Assembly: GCA_964016885.1 (NCBI GenBank)
Contig: OZ024740.1
Coordinates: 379,068,001-379,132,000 of the forward strand
Length of the DNA: 64,000 nucleotides
Reading direction: 5' to 3'
Source: Eledone cirrhosa
Taxonomy: Eukaryota
Shown: positions 29,557-41,757 of the stretch, piece after piece
Layout of the letters: every line of letters begins with the position of its first letter
Numbering within the stretch: position 1 is the stretch's first letter
The notes under the pieces: generated by a model
What the model was told of the DNA's origin: nothing
Seen by the model: the letters and a program-made list of their open reading frames with translations, nothing else
The model's database searches: none
Position numbers and translations under genes: made by a program

Positions 29557-30262
29557 GATAAATCTACCAAAATGTACGGTAGTATCAATTCCGTATGAAG
29601 AACTCACTGTAATCCGAATATCATGAAAAGTGAAGATGTATTCAAAAAATTGAACAGTTCTCTATCCAAGACTTGCAATCTCTGTCTAAATGAAAAATTT
29701 ACCATTATATCTAATTTAGATTCTATAATAAATAGACGCACTGACTTGTTTTCTCTCTGCTTGCATAAATTCCACAGAACATTCCATAAAGTATACAGCT
29801 AATATCCTAAACTTTATCAATTCAGAATCCTTTTCTCAAAGGCACATATATATATATATATACTTCTTTAAAAATATACCCATCTTTCTACCTTATTTCA
29901 AAGTTATTTATTATACATTATATAATACTTGTTACTCATTCTATATGACTCCTATTTATCACTTCCCTTTCTTCCTTCTCCTTTTCTTTTCTTTTTTCTT
30001 TTAATTTCTAACCCCTAATCTGTACCTTTTCTCACTGTGCCTAACATAGAAACAATTATTACACAATACAATATATTCTTACTTTATATCACCTTGAAAA
30101 AAATCCTTCGTAAACATAAACATTTTTTTTTACGTTAGATTATTCATCCTCTATTCATTATTTTTTTCTCACTTTTTTCTCACTTTCATCTAACTTATTC
30201 ATGCTCATCTCACAATATATCCTTACTTACATTACTTTTGTTTTTTTTTAATAATTCATATC

Positions 30263-30408
30263 AACATTTTCTTTCCATCGCACATATTATTAAACCCTTA
30301 AATATTATTCTTAATACATATTAACATTTTCTTTCCATCGCACATATTATTAAACCCTTAAATATTATTCTTAATACATATTAACAATTTCTTTTCATCG
30401 CACATATA
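30263..30408. repeat. 60-bp tandem repeat, about 2.4 copies
   Basis: AACATTTTCTTTCCATCGCACATAT.. starts at 30263, 30323 and 30383. Confidence 0.9.
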
Positions 30409-30756
30409 TACAAACCTTAACTTTACATTATTTTTCTCTTCGTTAATTTTCAAATTCTTTTAATTTATACATTATCTTCCAACGGTTTTTCAACCTCTCT
30501 ATGTAAAACAATATATTTTTCTCAGTTATAAAAGCTATCTCTCTCTCTCTATCACCCATATCTCCTCCTATCTCATCCTTCCTCATTATACTCCTCCCCC
30601 TCCACTTTTTACTCTCATCTCCTCCTCTTTTTCACACCCCCCCCTAAAAAAAATGTTTTCCCCAATATCACACATCAATCTAAAACTACTTTTCATATGT
30701 TGATTTAAAACTGCACTATCCACAAGTGTTTTTAACCTTCATATCATGTCTTCCTC

Positions 30757-30823
30757 TTTTATCTGATGAAAACACAAATGTTATTGCATGATGATATTTG
30801 TTTTTGAAATGCGCATAATAAAA
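30757..30823 (+). ncRNA. Type I minimal hammerhead ribozyme motif
   Basis: TTTTAT-CTGATGA-[about 16-bp stem II, loop GCAT]-GAAA-T GCGC A-TA-ATAAAA. Intact core, 6-bp stem I, palindromic ATGCGCAT stem III, AUA triplet with predicted cut after 30817. Confidence 0.8.
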
Positions 30824-30949
30824 TACATGGAACTCTTTTAACCATCTTTTGATCTTATATATTATGTATACTCCAGTCCTACAAACTGTAGAGTGCTTCT
30901 TATCCGATATCTGCATTGCTTTATTGTACTACAATAAAACTCACCTCCT

Positions 30950-31031
<82 letters not shown>

Positions 31032-31415
31032 ATAACAAACCTGGACCCTTGGAATTGATGGTAAAATCCAGTACAGGGTTTGTGTGACACCTAAATCAAT
31101 AATACTGTCTGCTTAAAACAATAAGCTTTTGGTATAATGATCGAACGAGGAATATCACGTTATCAACAAGTATTTTGTTCTGCGCCAATATTGTGGATGA
31201 CACAGTGTTTTATAAAAGCACATGCGTAACTCACAGGGGAAAAACCACAGATTTTGGCAAATGAATTCAGTATGTGTAAATCCATGCAATAAATTGCATA
31301 AATAGCACAAATCTAATAAGCTCTCGGCCGGGTAGTTTTTAAAATAAACTTATGCAATTAATCTGTCAATAGAATTATTAACATATTAATATATATATAT
31401 AGAATTATTAACATA

Positions 31416-31518
<103 letters not shown>

Positions 31519-31527
31519 ATTAACATA

Positions 31528-31557
<30 letters not shown>

Positions 31558-31568
<11 letters not shown>

Positions 31569-31949
31569 TATTTTGCAATACACTGTATGCTTAATTAAAA
31601 GCATTTCGAAGACCTTATGCTATTGTTTTAGAGTAGTGACAGACTCACTTACTTTAATTTTCAGCAAACAGGGGGAGATAAAGCTGACAAGGCCTTGTTT
31701 CGCATTTATTGATGCTTATCAAAGCCAACTACTCCTCCTGTTTGCTGATATCATGGATGTTTGGTTCTTATAGAATTCTAGTAAATAATCAGGAACTGAT
31801 TATTTACTAGAATTCTATAAGAACCAAACATCCCCCTGTTTGCTGAAAATTAAAGTAAGTGAGTCTGTCACTACTCTAAAACAATAGCATAAGGTCTTCG
31901 AAATGCTTTTAATTAAGCATACAGTGTATTGCAAAATACACTATATATA
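31558..31949. repeat. Fold-back inverted duplication, 3-nt spacer, 79 nt missing from the right arm
   Basis: Outer arms 31558-31675 / 31832-31949; inner arms 31755-31792 / 31796-31833. Confidence 0.92.
31682..31726 (-). ncRNA. Degenerate hammerhead motif (core TTGATAA instead of CTGATGA)
   Basis: Minus strand: GGCT-TTGATAA-GCATcaataaATGC-GAAA-CAAGG CCTTG-TC-AGCT. Stems I and II, palindromic stem III and GUC triplet preserved; two core substitutions, so likely inactive. Confidence 0.55.
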
Positions 31950-32350
31950 CACTCATATATATATATAGCTATTTCAGAGCACCAATTCTAATATATATAT
32001 ATATATATTGTATTTAGTCTGTAGGTGTGCGTGTGTTCAAGCGCGTTATTAAACATTCTTCAATATTTATACTCAATAAATAATTTATATTTTTCTACAC
32101 ATATTTCACTTTCTTTTGGTTTCATCACGTTTGCTTTTGTCTCTACTACAGTTGTCTAATCATTTCATATAATGCATGCTTTGAAAATATTATCCTTGAT
32201 ATTTTTAATAATAGTAATACAAATATAATTTCTTCACGTATTCAATAATCATCTTTGTTTATATAGACTCTTTAGTGTCTTTATATGTATACGTCTCTAT
32301 ATTTCACCCTCTTTCTTTCTTTCTCCCTCTGTCACTCTCTATCTCCCTCC

Positions 32351-32414
<64 letters not shown>

Positions 32415-32425
32415 AGAGAGAGAGA

Positions 32426-32466
<41 letters not shown>

Positions 32467-32529
32467 CGAGAGAGAGAGAGGGATAGAGAGAGGCGGGGAG
32501 ATAAAGAGAAATAGATAGAGCATAAGTAA

Positions 32530-32750
32530 TCATTGTTTCTATATTTAGCTCAATGCCAGCAATTTGACGGGAAGTGGAAAGTCGATTAAACCGACCCCAG
32601 GGCGCTACTAGTACTTTATTTTATCGACTTTGTAAGGATGAAAGGCAAATCTAACCTCGGCTGGATTTGAACTTAGAACTTAAAGGGCCGTAACTATATG
32701 CTGCAAATCACCGTGTCCAACACCTTACCGATACTGCCAATCCACCGCCT
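32530..32750 (-). mobile_element. Family S SINE, long variant, near full length
   Basis: Head, body and tail motifs all present. Confidence 0.85.
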
Positions 32751-32965
32751 TCAGATCGAATCAAGCGTTTAGACAGAGCTTATAACATTTTATTAGTGTT
32801 ACGTTTGTTTCTACAACTAACGAAAAATTAAAGATAGGTTTAGTTAATTCTTATTTCATTCTAGTAAAATATAATTCAATATACTAGTATCCAGGCTTAA
32901 AACCCAAGAAGAAATGAAAAATAAAAGAAAGATAGCCCTACATGTAATACAACACACATAAAAAT

Positions 32966-33056
<91 letters not shown>

Positions 33057-33272
33057 ACAGAAAGACACGATAGAGCAAACAAAATAATATTTGCAAGCAG
33101 AGGAACCACAGATCAAAATAAATATTCATTGAAGAACTTTCCGTCAGATAAAGAACTAATAGTAAGACCAAAGTGAATCAACTAGTGCGTGTGTTTTTAT
33201 TGGCAACATGACTCTCCCCAAATATAACAATATCAGTTTCAATACACGAGATCATATTAATCATTTTGCAAC

Positions 33273-33641
<369 letters not shown>

Positions 33642-33650
33642 AGAGCGTGC

Positions 33651-33694
<44 letters not shown>

Positions 33695-33700
<6 letters not shown>

Positions 33701-34340
33701 AAGACGTAAAATAAGAAAATTATAAATATTAACTTACTTACTAAAATTTCACTCCAACTAATTAGTTTCTGAAAGGGAATAAACATAGTTCCCAAATGGA
33801 AGACATGGAGAAGCCATTTCGTCATCAGGAAGTCGTTCTCAGCTAAGATACTTGGCGATGCGTGGACACAAGGAACTTATACAAAAATAATTCAGTGGAT
33901 GGAAAAAAGCAAGCGTGGACTAAATTCCAAGACATTGAAAAAAATCACTGCCTACTTACTTACCAAAATTACTACTATAGTTCATAGTAACAGCTTGGCT
34001 ACTGTCTTTTTAACACCCCACTCCTCACTGATTAACCTCGATGTCACGTGATTGATTCTTTTGAATTTGCCACCAACCAAGTAGGCAGTGATTTTTTCAA
34101 TGTCTTGGAATTTAGTCCACGCTTGCTTTTTTCCATCCACTGAATTATTTTTGTATAAGTTCCCTGTGTCCACGCATCGCCAGGTATCTTAGTTAAGAAC
34201 GACTTCCTGGTGACGAAATGGCTTCTCCATGTTTTCCATTTGGAAACCATGTTTATTCCCTTTCAGAAACTAATTAGTTGGAGTGAAATTTTAGTAAATA
34301 AGTTAATTTTTATAATTTTATTATTTTACGTCTTTCATAT
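33695..34340. repeat. Inverted duplication, about 262-bp arms, 121-nt spacer
   Basis: 33695-33957 versus 34079-34340 with scattered substitutions; gives the twin ORFs MTKWLLHVFHL.. on opposite strands. Confidence 0.92.
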
Positions 34341-34490
34341 AATTGTTCTGCATCGCCATGCATTGAACCACAAAGTTACTAAGACAAAACCTATATATTT
34401 GCTTGCATAGGTATGCTTCTGTATATATATGTTGGTAGATATATATATATATATATATACACGGGCGCATACACACACATATATATATAT

Positions 34491-34685
34491 AACGAAGGAA
34501 GTGTGGTAAGGAACCAGATGGACCATAACGCACCAGAGTACTCAATACTTAGGGTAGTAGAGTGGGTAATAGAAAAAAGGTTGACCCCGACGGCAGAGCT
34601 CAAGCCGTTTTGACGGCTATTTCGGGTCCAGAAATAGCCGTCGAAACGGCTTGACCTCTGCCGTCGGGGTCAATCTTTTTCCTAT
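34491..34685. mobile_element. Family B fragment with fold-back hairpin 34569-34685 (duplicated half-hammerhead)
   Basis: GACGGCTATTTC gggtcca GAAATAGCCGTC-GAAA-CGGC ttgacctct GCCG-TC-GGGGTC; CUGANGA absent, replaced by the inverted copy. Confidence 0.8.
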
Positions 34686-34711
34686 ATATATATAGTTTTA
34701 ATATAGATGAG

Positions 34712-34758
34712 ATTCTACAGGACTAGAACTGTTTCATTCTTTAGAAATCATCAGGAAT
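34712..34758 (-). ncRNA. Type I hammerhead motif, family A
   Basis: Minus strand: ATTC-CTGATGA-tTTCtaaaGAAt-GAAA-CAGttctagtcCTG-TA-GAAT. Confidence 0.65.
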
Positions 34759-35969
34759 ATATATATATATATAAATATATTAATTATTAAAATAACAGAT
34801 TAAAGTTTATATATATTTATCCTTATCGAGCCCTCTTTGGATTTTAGTTTTCAAATTTATTATTATTACTATATATATATATATATGATCATGTGCCTGT
34901 GAGAATATGTATGCGCGCGCGCGCGTATTCATGTTTATCTATAGACGAAAGATACCGCATTAAGACCAAATGAAACAAATTAGTGCATCGAACAAGAATA
35001 CTTTATGAGAATTATTCTGTCTTAATTTCAAAGACACTTTCTTGTCACTTGTCATGGAAATGCAGTGAAGCAGCAATTGGCCTGTTAGAAATCTATAGCT
35101 TACGGCATTATTTTTCTGTGAGAAAGTCATGTAAACGATATTATACATGCGTGCGTTTCTTTAGTATATCAAATGCATACTAAAGCTTGAGATTCGGTCA
35201 TAGGTGTTGTTTGTTACTCAAACATAAAGTTGCTTTATTATTACCGTTAATTTTCTTATGGCAAAAACAAAAATAAATCGATATTGTTATCAGAAAATAT
35301 TTCTTTCCGGCTGAAGTGATTAATTTGAATAACAAACACGTCTTACGAGTTTTCTTTGCTAATGACGTATTCTTTTTGCATTAATGTGATGTATAAAGAA
35401 GGAAAGGAATAATAATATATTGCGATCAGAGGAATATAGGACAACCAGATTATGATAAAGGCAGGTTCTGATTACTGAAGACGAAGATCTTGATAAAACG
35501 CGTAGCAGTTTATAAGAACATTGCAATCAGTATCAGGCATCTATTGAATCGAAAATTAAATTATGTATGCGCACAATAAACAATATGTAAATATGTTTTA
35601 AGCGATATGTTAAATGAAATCCTCATTTGATATAAGATACATATCATAGAGCTAAATGATATATAGAGATTTAGATCTTAAACTTTTATCTAGCCTGTCA
35701 TTCTTTTGAAATATCACGATTATTTGAAGAAAGAAACTGCACTGGCATCAAATTTTTCATTTTGCAAGTTCGACACTATTTGTTACAGCTTTCAAAGAAC
35801 ATTCTTTAAATTTGAAGTATTGCAACTGTCAAATGTATTATTTATCAAATTATATTTCAGTATTTTGTAGTTCACATTAATATTTACAATGAATTTTCTT
35901 TATATATCTGAAAATGAAACAAACGAAATGACGCAAAATATAAAATATTTCCTTAATTTAATATAAATG

Positions 35970-35994
35970 TCTTTTTTCTCCCTTCTAGGTAAGT
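35970..35994 (+). promoter_or_regulatory. Candidate recursive splice site (acceptor fused to donor)
   Basis: TCTTTTTTCTCCCTTCTAG|GTAAGT; branch-point-like CTTAAT at about 35952; no AG dinucleotide between 35871 and 35986. Confidence 0.5.
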
Positions 35995-36438
35995 GACTCC
36001 ACTAAAAGACCTTCAAAGGCTGAAATGTTGAGTGTAAATCACAAATGTCACTCGAAGTTGAATAAAAATAGGTATTTCAAATTAAACATTTTATATCTTA
36101 TGTATCGAACGTTGTCTCAGGATATATAGGATTCTTCGTCTGAGAAAACGATTTAAAGAAAGAAATGAGGAAAAAGATATACAAAATTAATATACATGGA
36201 CAAACACGTCTATTCCTCGCTTCATACGCCCTCACATATGCAAATACATACTCACACACACACACATATTTGATGAGAGAATAGAAGGTACAATTCCTCA
36301 TGGGGACTGAACAGTTTTATCAGTAAAAAATCATCAGGTCGTTTGAGGAACTTTAATTACACCTTCATTAAATTTATCGAAAATTTTCTAAAATGTGTAC
36401 ATAGATACGTTTATTTAATACATACATACGTTTATTTA

Positions 36439-36534
<96 letters not shown>

Positions 36535-36817
36535 CATAAATCATGTCCTTAGAATTATTAGATAAAATATATACCATTTCCTCTCCCAATTAGCATAATT
36601 AACCATATAAAAAATCAATTAGACCAGGCTATAAGAATAAAAGCTCCTATGAAGAAATTTCCGACAAATAATCGAAAGCGGCCTCTTCGCGGTGGCCCCA
36701 ATACAGTATTTATCCAACATTTCAATAGCATGTAGAAACTGACTAAATATACCGTCAACCATACACAATTAGGTGTAAATTCAAACTTAGAAGAAATGTG
36801 TACATACCGTAATTATA

Positions 36818-36894
36818 TCTCTACCATGGTTTCGTCCGTATTTTTAGACATCCAATTATCAGGATATATCCAGAGTAACAGTCTCATCAGGAGA
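36818..36894 (-). ncRNA. Type I minimal hammerhead motif (inverted-arm copy)
   Basis: Minus strand: TCTC-CTGATGA-GACTGT..ACGGAC-GAAA-C CATG G-TA-GAGA; one stem II mismatch and a longer loop II than the plus copy. Confidence 0.7.
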
Positions 36895-37364
36895 AAACTC
36901 AAAATTAGACATTTAATTTTCCAAAGTGGTCGCGCCAAAAATAGATTAAAAAATGGCTAAGAATCGTGACGTGGCAGTGGTCAAGTTAGAAAGAATGTGA
37001 TTAGTTGCTTACGACCGGTAGGCTTGTTGCTAGAAAGCGCAGCCCAATTCTAAGGACATGATTTATGATATATTGCTCTGATTATTTAATTTATTAATTC
37101 TTCATTGAGCCACAACGTGACCGGTTGCAACATATATATCTATGACTTTATGTATATGTAAATCTTTATATTTAATAATCTCCCGTTAGGTTGAGATACA
37201 ATTGGGCGATATTGGGCTGCGCTTTCTAGCAACAAGCCTACCCGCCGTAAGCAACTAATCACATTCTTTCTAACTTGACTACTGCCACGTCACGATTCTT
37301 AGCCATTTTTGAATCTATTTTTGGCGCGATCACTTTGGAAACTTAAATGTCTAATTTTGAGTTT

Positions 37365-37422
37365 TCTCCTGATGAGTCTGTTACTTGGATGTCTAAAAAT
37401 ACGGACGAAACCATGGTAGAGA
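37365..37422 (+). ncRNA. Type I minimal hammerhead ribozyme motif
   Basis: TCTC-CTGATGA-GTCTGT..ACGGAC-GAAA-C CATG G-TA-GAGA. Canonical core with G-C closing stem II, palindromic ACCATGGT stem III, GUA triplet with predicted cut after 37418. Confidence 0.85.
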
Positions 37423-37808
37423 TATAATTACGGTATGTACACATTTCTTCTAAGTTTGAATTTACACCTAATTGTGTATGGTTGATGGTATATTTAGTCA
37501 GTTTCTACATGCTGTTGAAATGTTGGATAATACCCTATTGAGGCCACCGCGAAGAGGCCGCTTTCGGTTATTTGACGGAATTTTCTTCATAGGAGCCTTT
37601 ATTCTTATAGCCTGGTTTAATTGATTTTTGATATGGTTAATTATGCTAATTGGGAGAGGAAATGGTATATATTTTATCTAATAATTCTAAGGACATGATT
37701 TATGATATATTGCTTTGATTATTTAATTTATAAATTCTTCATTGAGCCACAACGTGACCGGTTGCAACATATATATCTATGACTTTATGTATATATAAAT
37801 CTTTATAT

Positions 37809-38175
<367 letters not shown>

Positions 38176-38295
38176 ATATGTGTGTGTGTATGCAGCAAAA
38201 AAATCTCTGTAGGAAGGGAAAACGAAAAGAACACTATTTGGTGAATGAGACCAATTTTAGCAGAATCAGTAGAGCATCAGGAACCATGATTCGTG

Positions 38296-38458
38296 GCATA
38301 GTTACGTCCCTTTAGGTTCTGAGTTCAAATCCCGCCGAGGTTTGCTTTGCCTTTCATCCTCATCGGGTCGATAAAATAAAGTACCAATAATGCACTGGGG
38401 TCGATATAATTGACTTTCCCCAACCCCAAAATGTGCCTATAGTAGAAACAATTATTAT
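38296..38458 (+). mobile_element. 5'-truncated family S SINE (long variant)
   Basis: B-box, body and tail motifs. Confidence 0.85.
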
Positions 38459-40947
38459 TCATATACACATGTATTACGCTACCTTAGGTTTGACGGCATA
38501 GGATCAGTAATTATCTGCAGACTGAGTACTACGATTCAGGAGGAAGAATGTAAACTCACTGTCTGTAATATCATTTGGCGTGGGAAGCAAAATGTCTGAA
38601 CGAGATTTGGTGGTGAGATCCCATGTGAAAGGAGAACATAACTCGAATACTATATCAAACCGTTGTGTAAGGGCGACGACTCGTGTGTTTACTTGAGAAT
38701 CTAGTGATGCCTAATGATGTGATATGTTATAATCGTTCGTGTATATATATATATATAAATGTATTTTTGTCTATCTGGTTATTGATTCTCTTAAGAATAC
38801 ATGTATATGAAATAATGGTTCAAAGAGAAAGGGACTTTACACCTGTAATTGTTAAAACCCTCCGATTTTCTGATAACATTTTCGATTGTTAGGATCATTT
38901 AAGCATTTCATTAAATGCCTTTTTTGTTCAGAAATAATTACAATACAATTGTTTTTCCTGCACGGTATATGATGAAATAGAAAGTGGGTGGCGTCTATTT
39001 CTTATGTTTCCTTTAATAACATACATACAAGAAAGGAGGAATGTTTAGTACAAATGAACCGAAATACTTCGTACTGTGTGTTCTCTTAAATACATCATCT
39101 TATTTTCCATTTCAAAGCTTACTAATTAAGGTTTCTTCTCTAATCCAAAGACAAGGGATTAATCAAATATTAGTCAAATCGCTTCAAAATAAATCTGTTT
39201 CTAGCTAAACATCTAGAAAAATATTCTTGAATGTAGCATATTAATTCTTTTGAAAATGGACTCTATAAAAAACAACGAATGGATTTTAGCTTATTTACTG
39301 ATGGAAAGCAACTGAAATTTCTCAAGCAATCAGAATATTTCCCGAGCATATAAGATGAAATACTCTTACAAAATTATGATAAATAACTTTGTGATAATGA
39401 TTGTTTTGATTTTACATTGCACTTCAACATTTGATTTACAATTAGTTTATTTTCCTTTATTCCGTTCCTGGAACTGATCATATAAATGCATGGGAAATAA
39501 ATAGAAATATGTATAATCAGCTTTTCAATAAGAAAATAAGAAGTTGGCTTATTAATGCAGTAAAGAATTTAATTGTACATGTGAGAAATGAAATTTTAGA
39601 CGTACATAAAATCAATATAGATGAAATGAAGACAAAAATTATTTTCATGAATTTCAAATACCTAATTTACATATAAAACCCGGTTGAATTAATTATTCGT
39701 AAACATATAACCTAAAAAGATATTTTACATTAATTGCATAGTGTGTCAAATTTCATATTGATTTAATGTTTAATAAAAACAAATCGATATTACGTAACAG
39801 ATGATGCAGTCAATCAAACCGGTCGTGGTACTTTATTCTATAAATCACGAACAAAAGGCAAAAACCTGGATCATAAATAATTTTCAACTAACAGAATATT
39901 ATAAAACGTTTAGCTTCACCCTTTTTAATGCATATGTATTTCTGAATAATAATTAATTCGTTTTTCAACATTTTATGTTTCAGAATTTTGGAAAATTTGT
40001 TATATTGGCAATAGCAATTAGTCACCCCCCCCCCCCCCCCCCCACACACACACGACTCATATTACGTTATCGTATTGACGGTCTTGTCAACGCACCACAC
40101 TAGAATCAGCCTACAATATATATATATTGTTTCTCACTGTATAATATCAGGAAACAATAAGAAACAGAATGTAGGTCAATTCTCTTAGATCTAAAAGAAA
40201 TAGTTTACCGGAAACACTTCATGTAACAAAAAACTTGTTAACTGGCGATATCTAAATTATAGTTCATGCAGGACCGGATTCGGAATTGAAAAGTAGATTC
40301 AAAATTCTTGTTATACGGTTAAGCTTTCTTCACTTAAATATGTAAGTGTGATTAGTAAGATGACCTTATATTACACTTTTATAACTTCCAGTGAGTCAGA
40401 AAAAAACTCTGTTTTAGCATTTGTTACGAATTCATTTTTCTTGTATTGAATTTAGTTATTCGTAACACCTCTAAAATGTTTAATTCAATTACTGGTCTAG
40501 AAAGAATACTTTATTTATTTATTGCGAGACGCAAACTGTCTATTCTATACGATGTTTCTCATGTTGCCATCTGAAATTTAATACAATCAAAGAAAACTAA
40601 TACAAATTGATATGGATTTAGACCAGAACGTTTATAGTAAAATATTTTGCAACGACTACTCTCTTAATTCTCTTGCATCTAAATATAATAATGTTTATGA
40701 TTAAACATAAGCCCTTACTTAGATTTATAGCAGAACACAATTGAAATCTTTTAATGCAACAGCGACATTAATGATGAAAAAGAAATGAAAATGGCCTCAA
40801 CTAATAGTAGGAACTTGTATGCTAGTTCTATTTTATTTAATATTGTTAGACAGTCTTGTGGAATTTATGCAATACTCCCTAAATTATAAGACAAGTCGCT
40901 TAATTTTTAGTTACAAATTGGTTTAGGCTTAGCAGTTCTTGTCTTAA

Positions 40948-41154
40948 CCCTTTAACATTCACATTATTTTATATATACTATTATATTTTCATGGTAAAGG
41001 CTTTACCTCACATACTATCGAATCTATGAGATTTTGAAAGGATTTATTTTGAGAACAATACCTTAACATCAGTTTGAGCGACCAGTTACAGCCAATTTCA
41101 ACAGAAAGAGGTAGAGAATTCTGACCGGTTTTGGACAGTTTGAACACTAAAGGG
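40948..41154. mobile_element. piggyBac-type MITE
   Basis: TTAA on both sides (40944-47, 41155-58) and imperfect TIRs CCCTTTAacaTTCA / TGAAcacTAAAGGG. Confidence 0.8.
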
Positions 41155-41668
41155 TTAAACATATGTTTAATTCTAGATACCAATTCTATTGAATTTTTTA
41201 GGTCAGTTGTCTTGAAATCAGTTGAGTTTGTTAGGGTTGTTTTTAGCAACCAACTATAATAACTGTATATACTTAGAAAATAGGGGTGTTTTGGTCTAGG
41301 TGACGTAGCTGACCTTAGTGGCAGTAGTGTTAATATATTACTCCCACTCCCCTTTTTGCGGTAGTATTGGAATTGTTAGTAAAAATTCACATATGTAAAC
41401 AGATATAGATTCATTTGTGTATGCTTATCAATGTTAAGAGTCCTTATAGTAAGAGGTGTTAAAATTATAATTGTAGGTATTAAGAATTATAATACATATT
41501 GTTAACATATACACATGTGCATTTCCTTTTGTCGATCCCATTATAGGAGTGGTGGTGATTATACCACCTCTCCTTGAAGCTTGTTGATGTTGCTCCTATG
41601 CTCCGAATTGGGGGCTGTAACCCTGCATCGCTAAACTAGGTTCTTTACCAGGCATTCATTTGTAAGGG

Positions 41669-41757
<89 letters not shown>

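Larger units (their letters stand above)
29650..30950 (+). mobile_element. Penelope-like element 3' part: end of GIY-YIG ORF (stop at 29802) plus putative pyrimidine-rich 3' UTR/pLTR
   Basis: 29650-29767 is the reverse complement of 28813-28930 and continues to CLHKFHRTFHKVYS*; the downstream tract contains a hammerhead and ends at (CA)/(TA)n. The 3' boundary is inferred. Confidence 0.7.
36531..37810. mobile_element. PLE pLTR-like composite: about 500-bp inverted arms plus a 128-bp direct duplication
   Basis: 36531-37048 is inverted relative to 37211-37708; 37046-37173 repeats directly at 37683-37810; bounded by (TA)n on both sides; each arm carries a hammerhead. Confidence 0.8.

Noticed and set aside
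35470-35512. CTGAAGA..AAAACGCGTA as a hammerhead (similar case at 36300-36340 minus)
   Set aside because: GAAA is missing and stem I does not pair.
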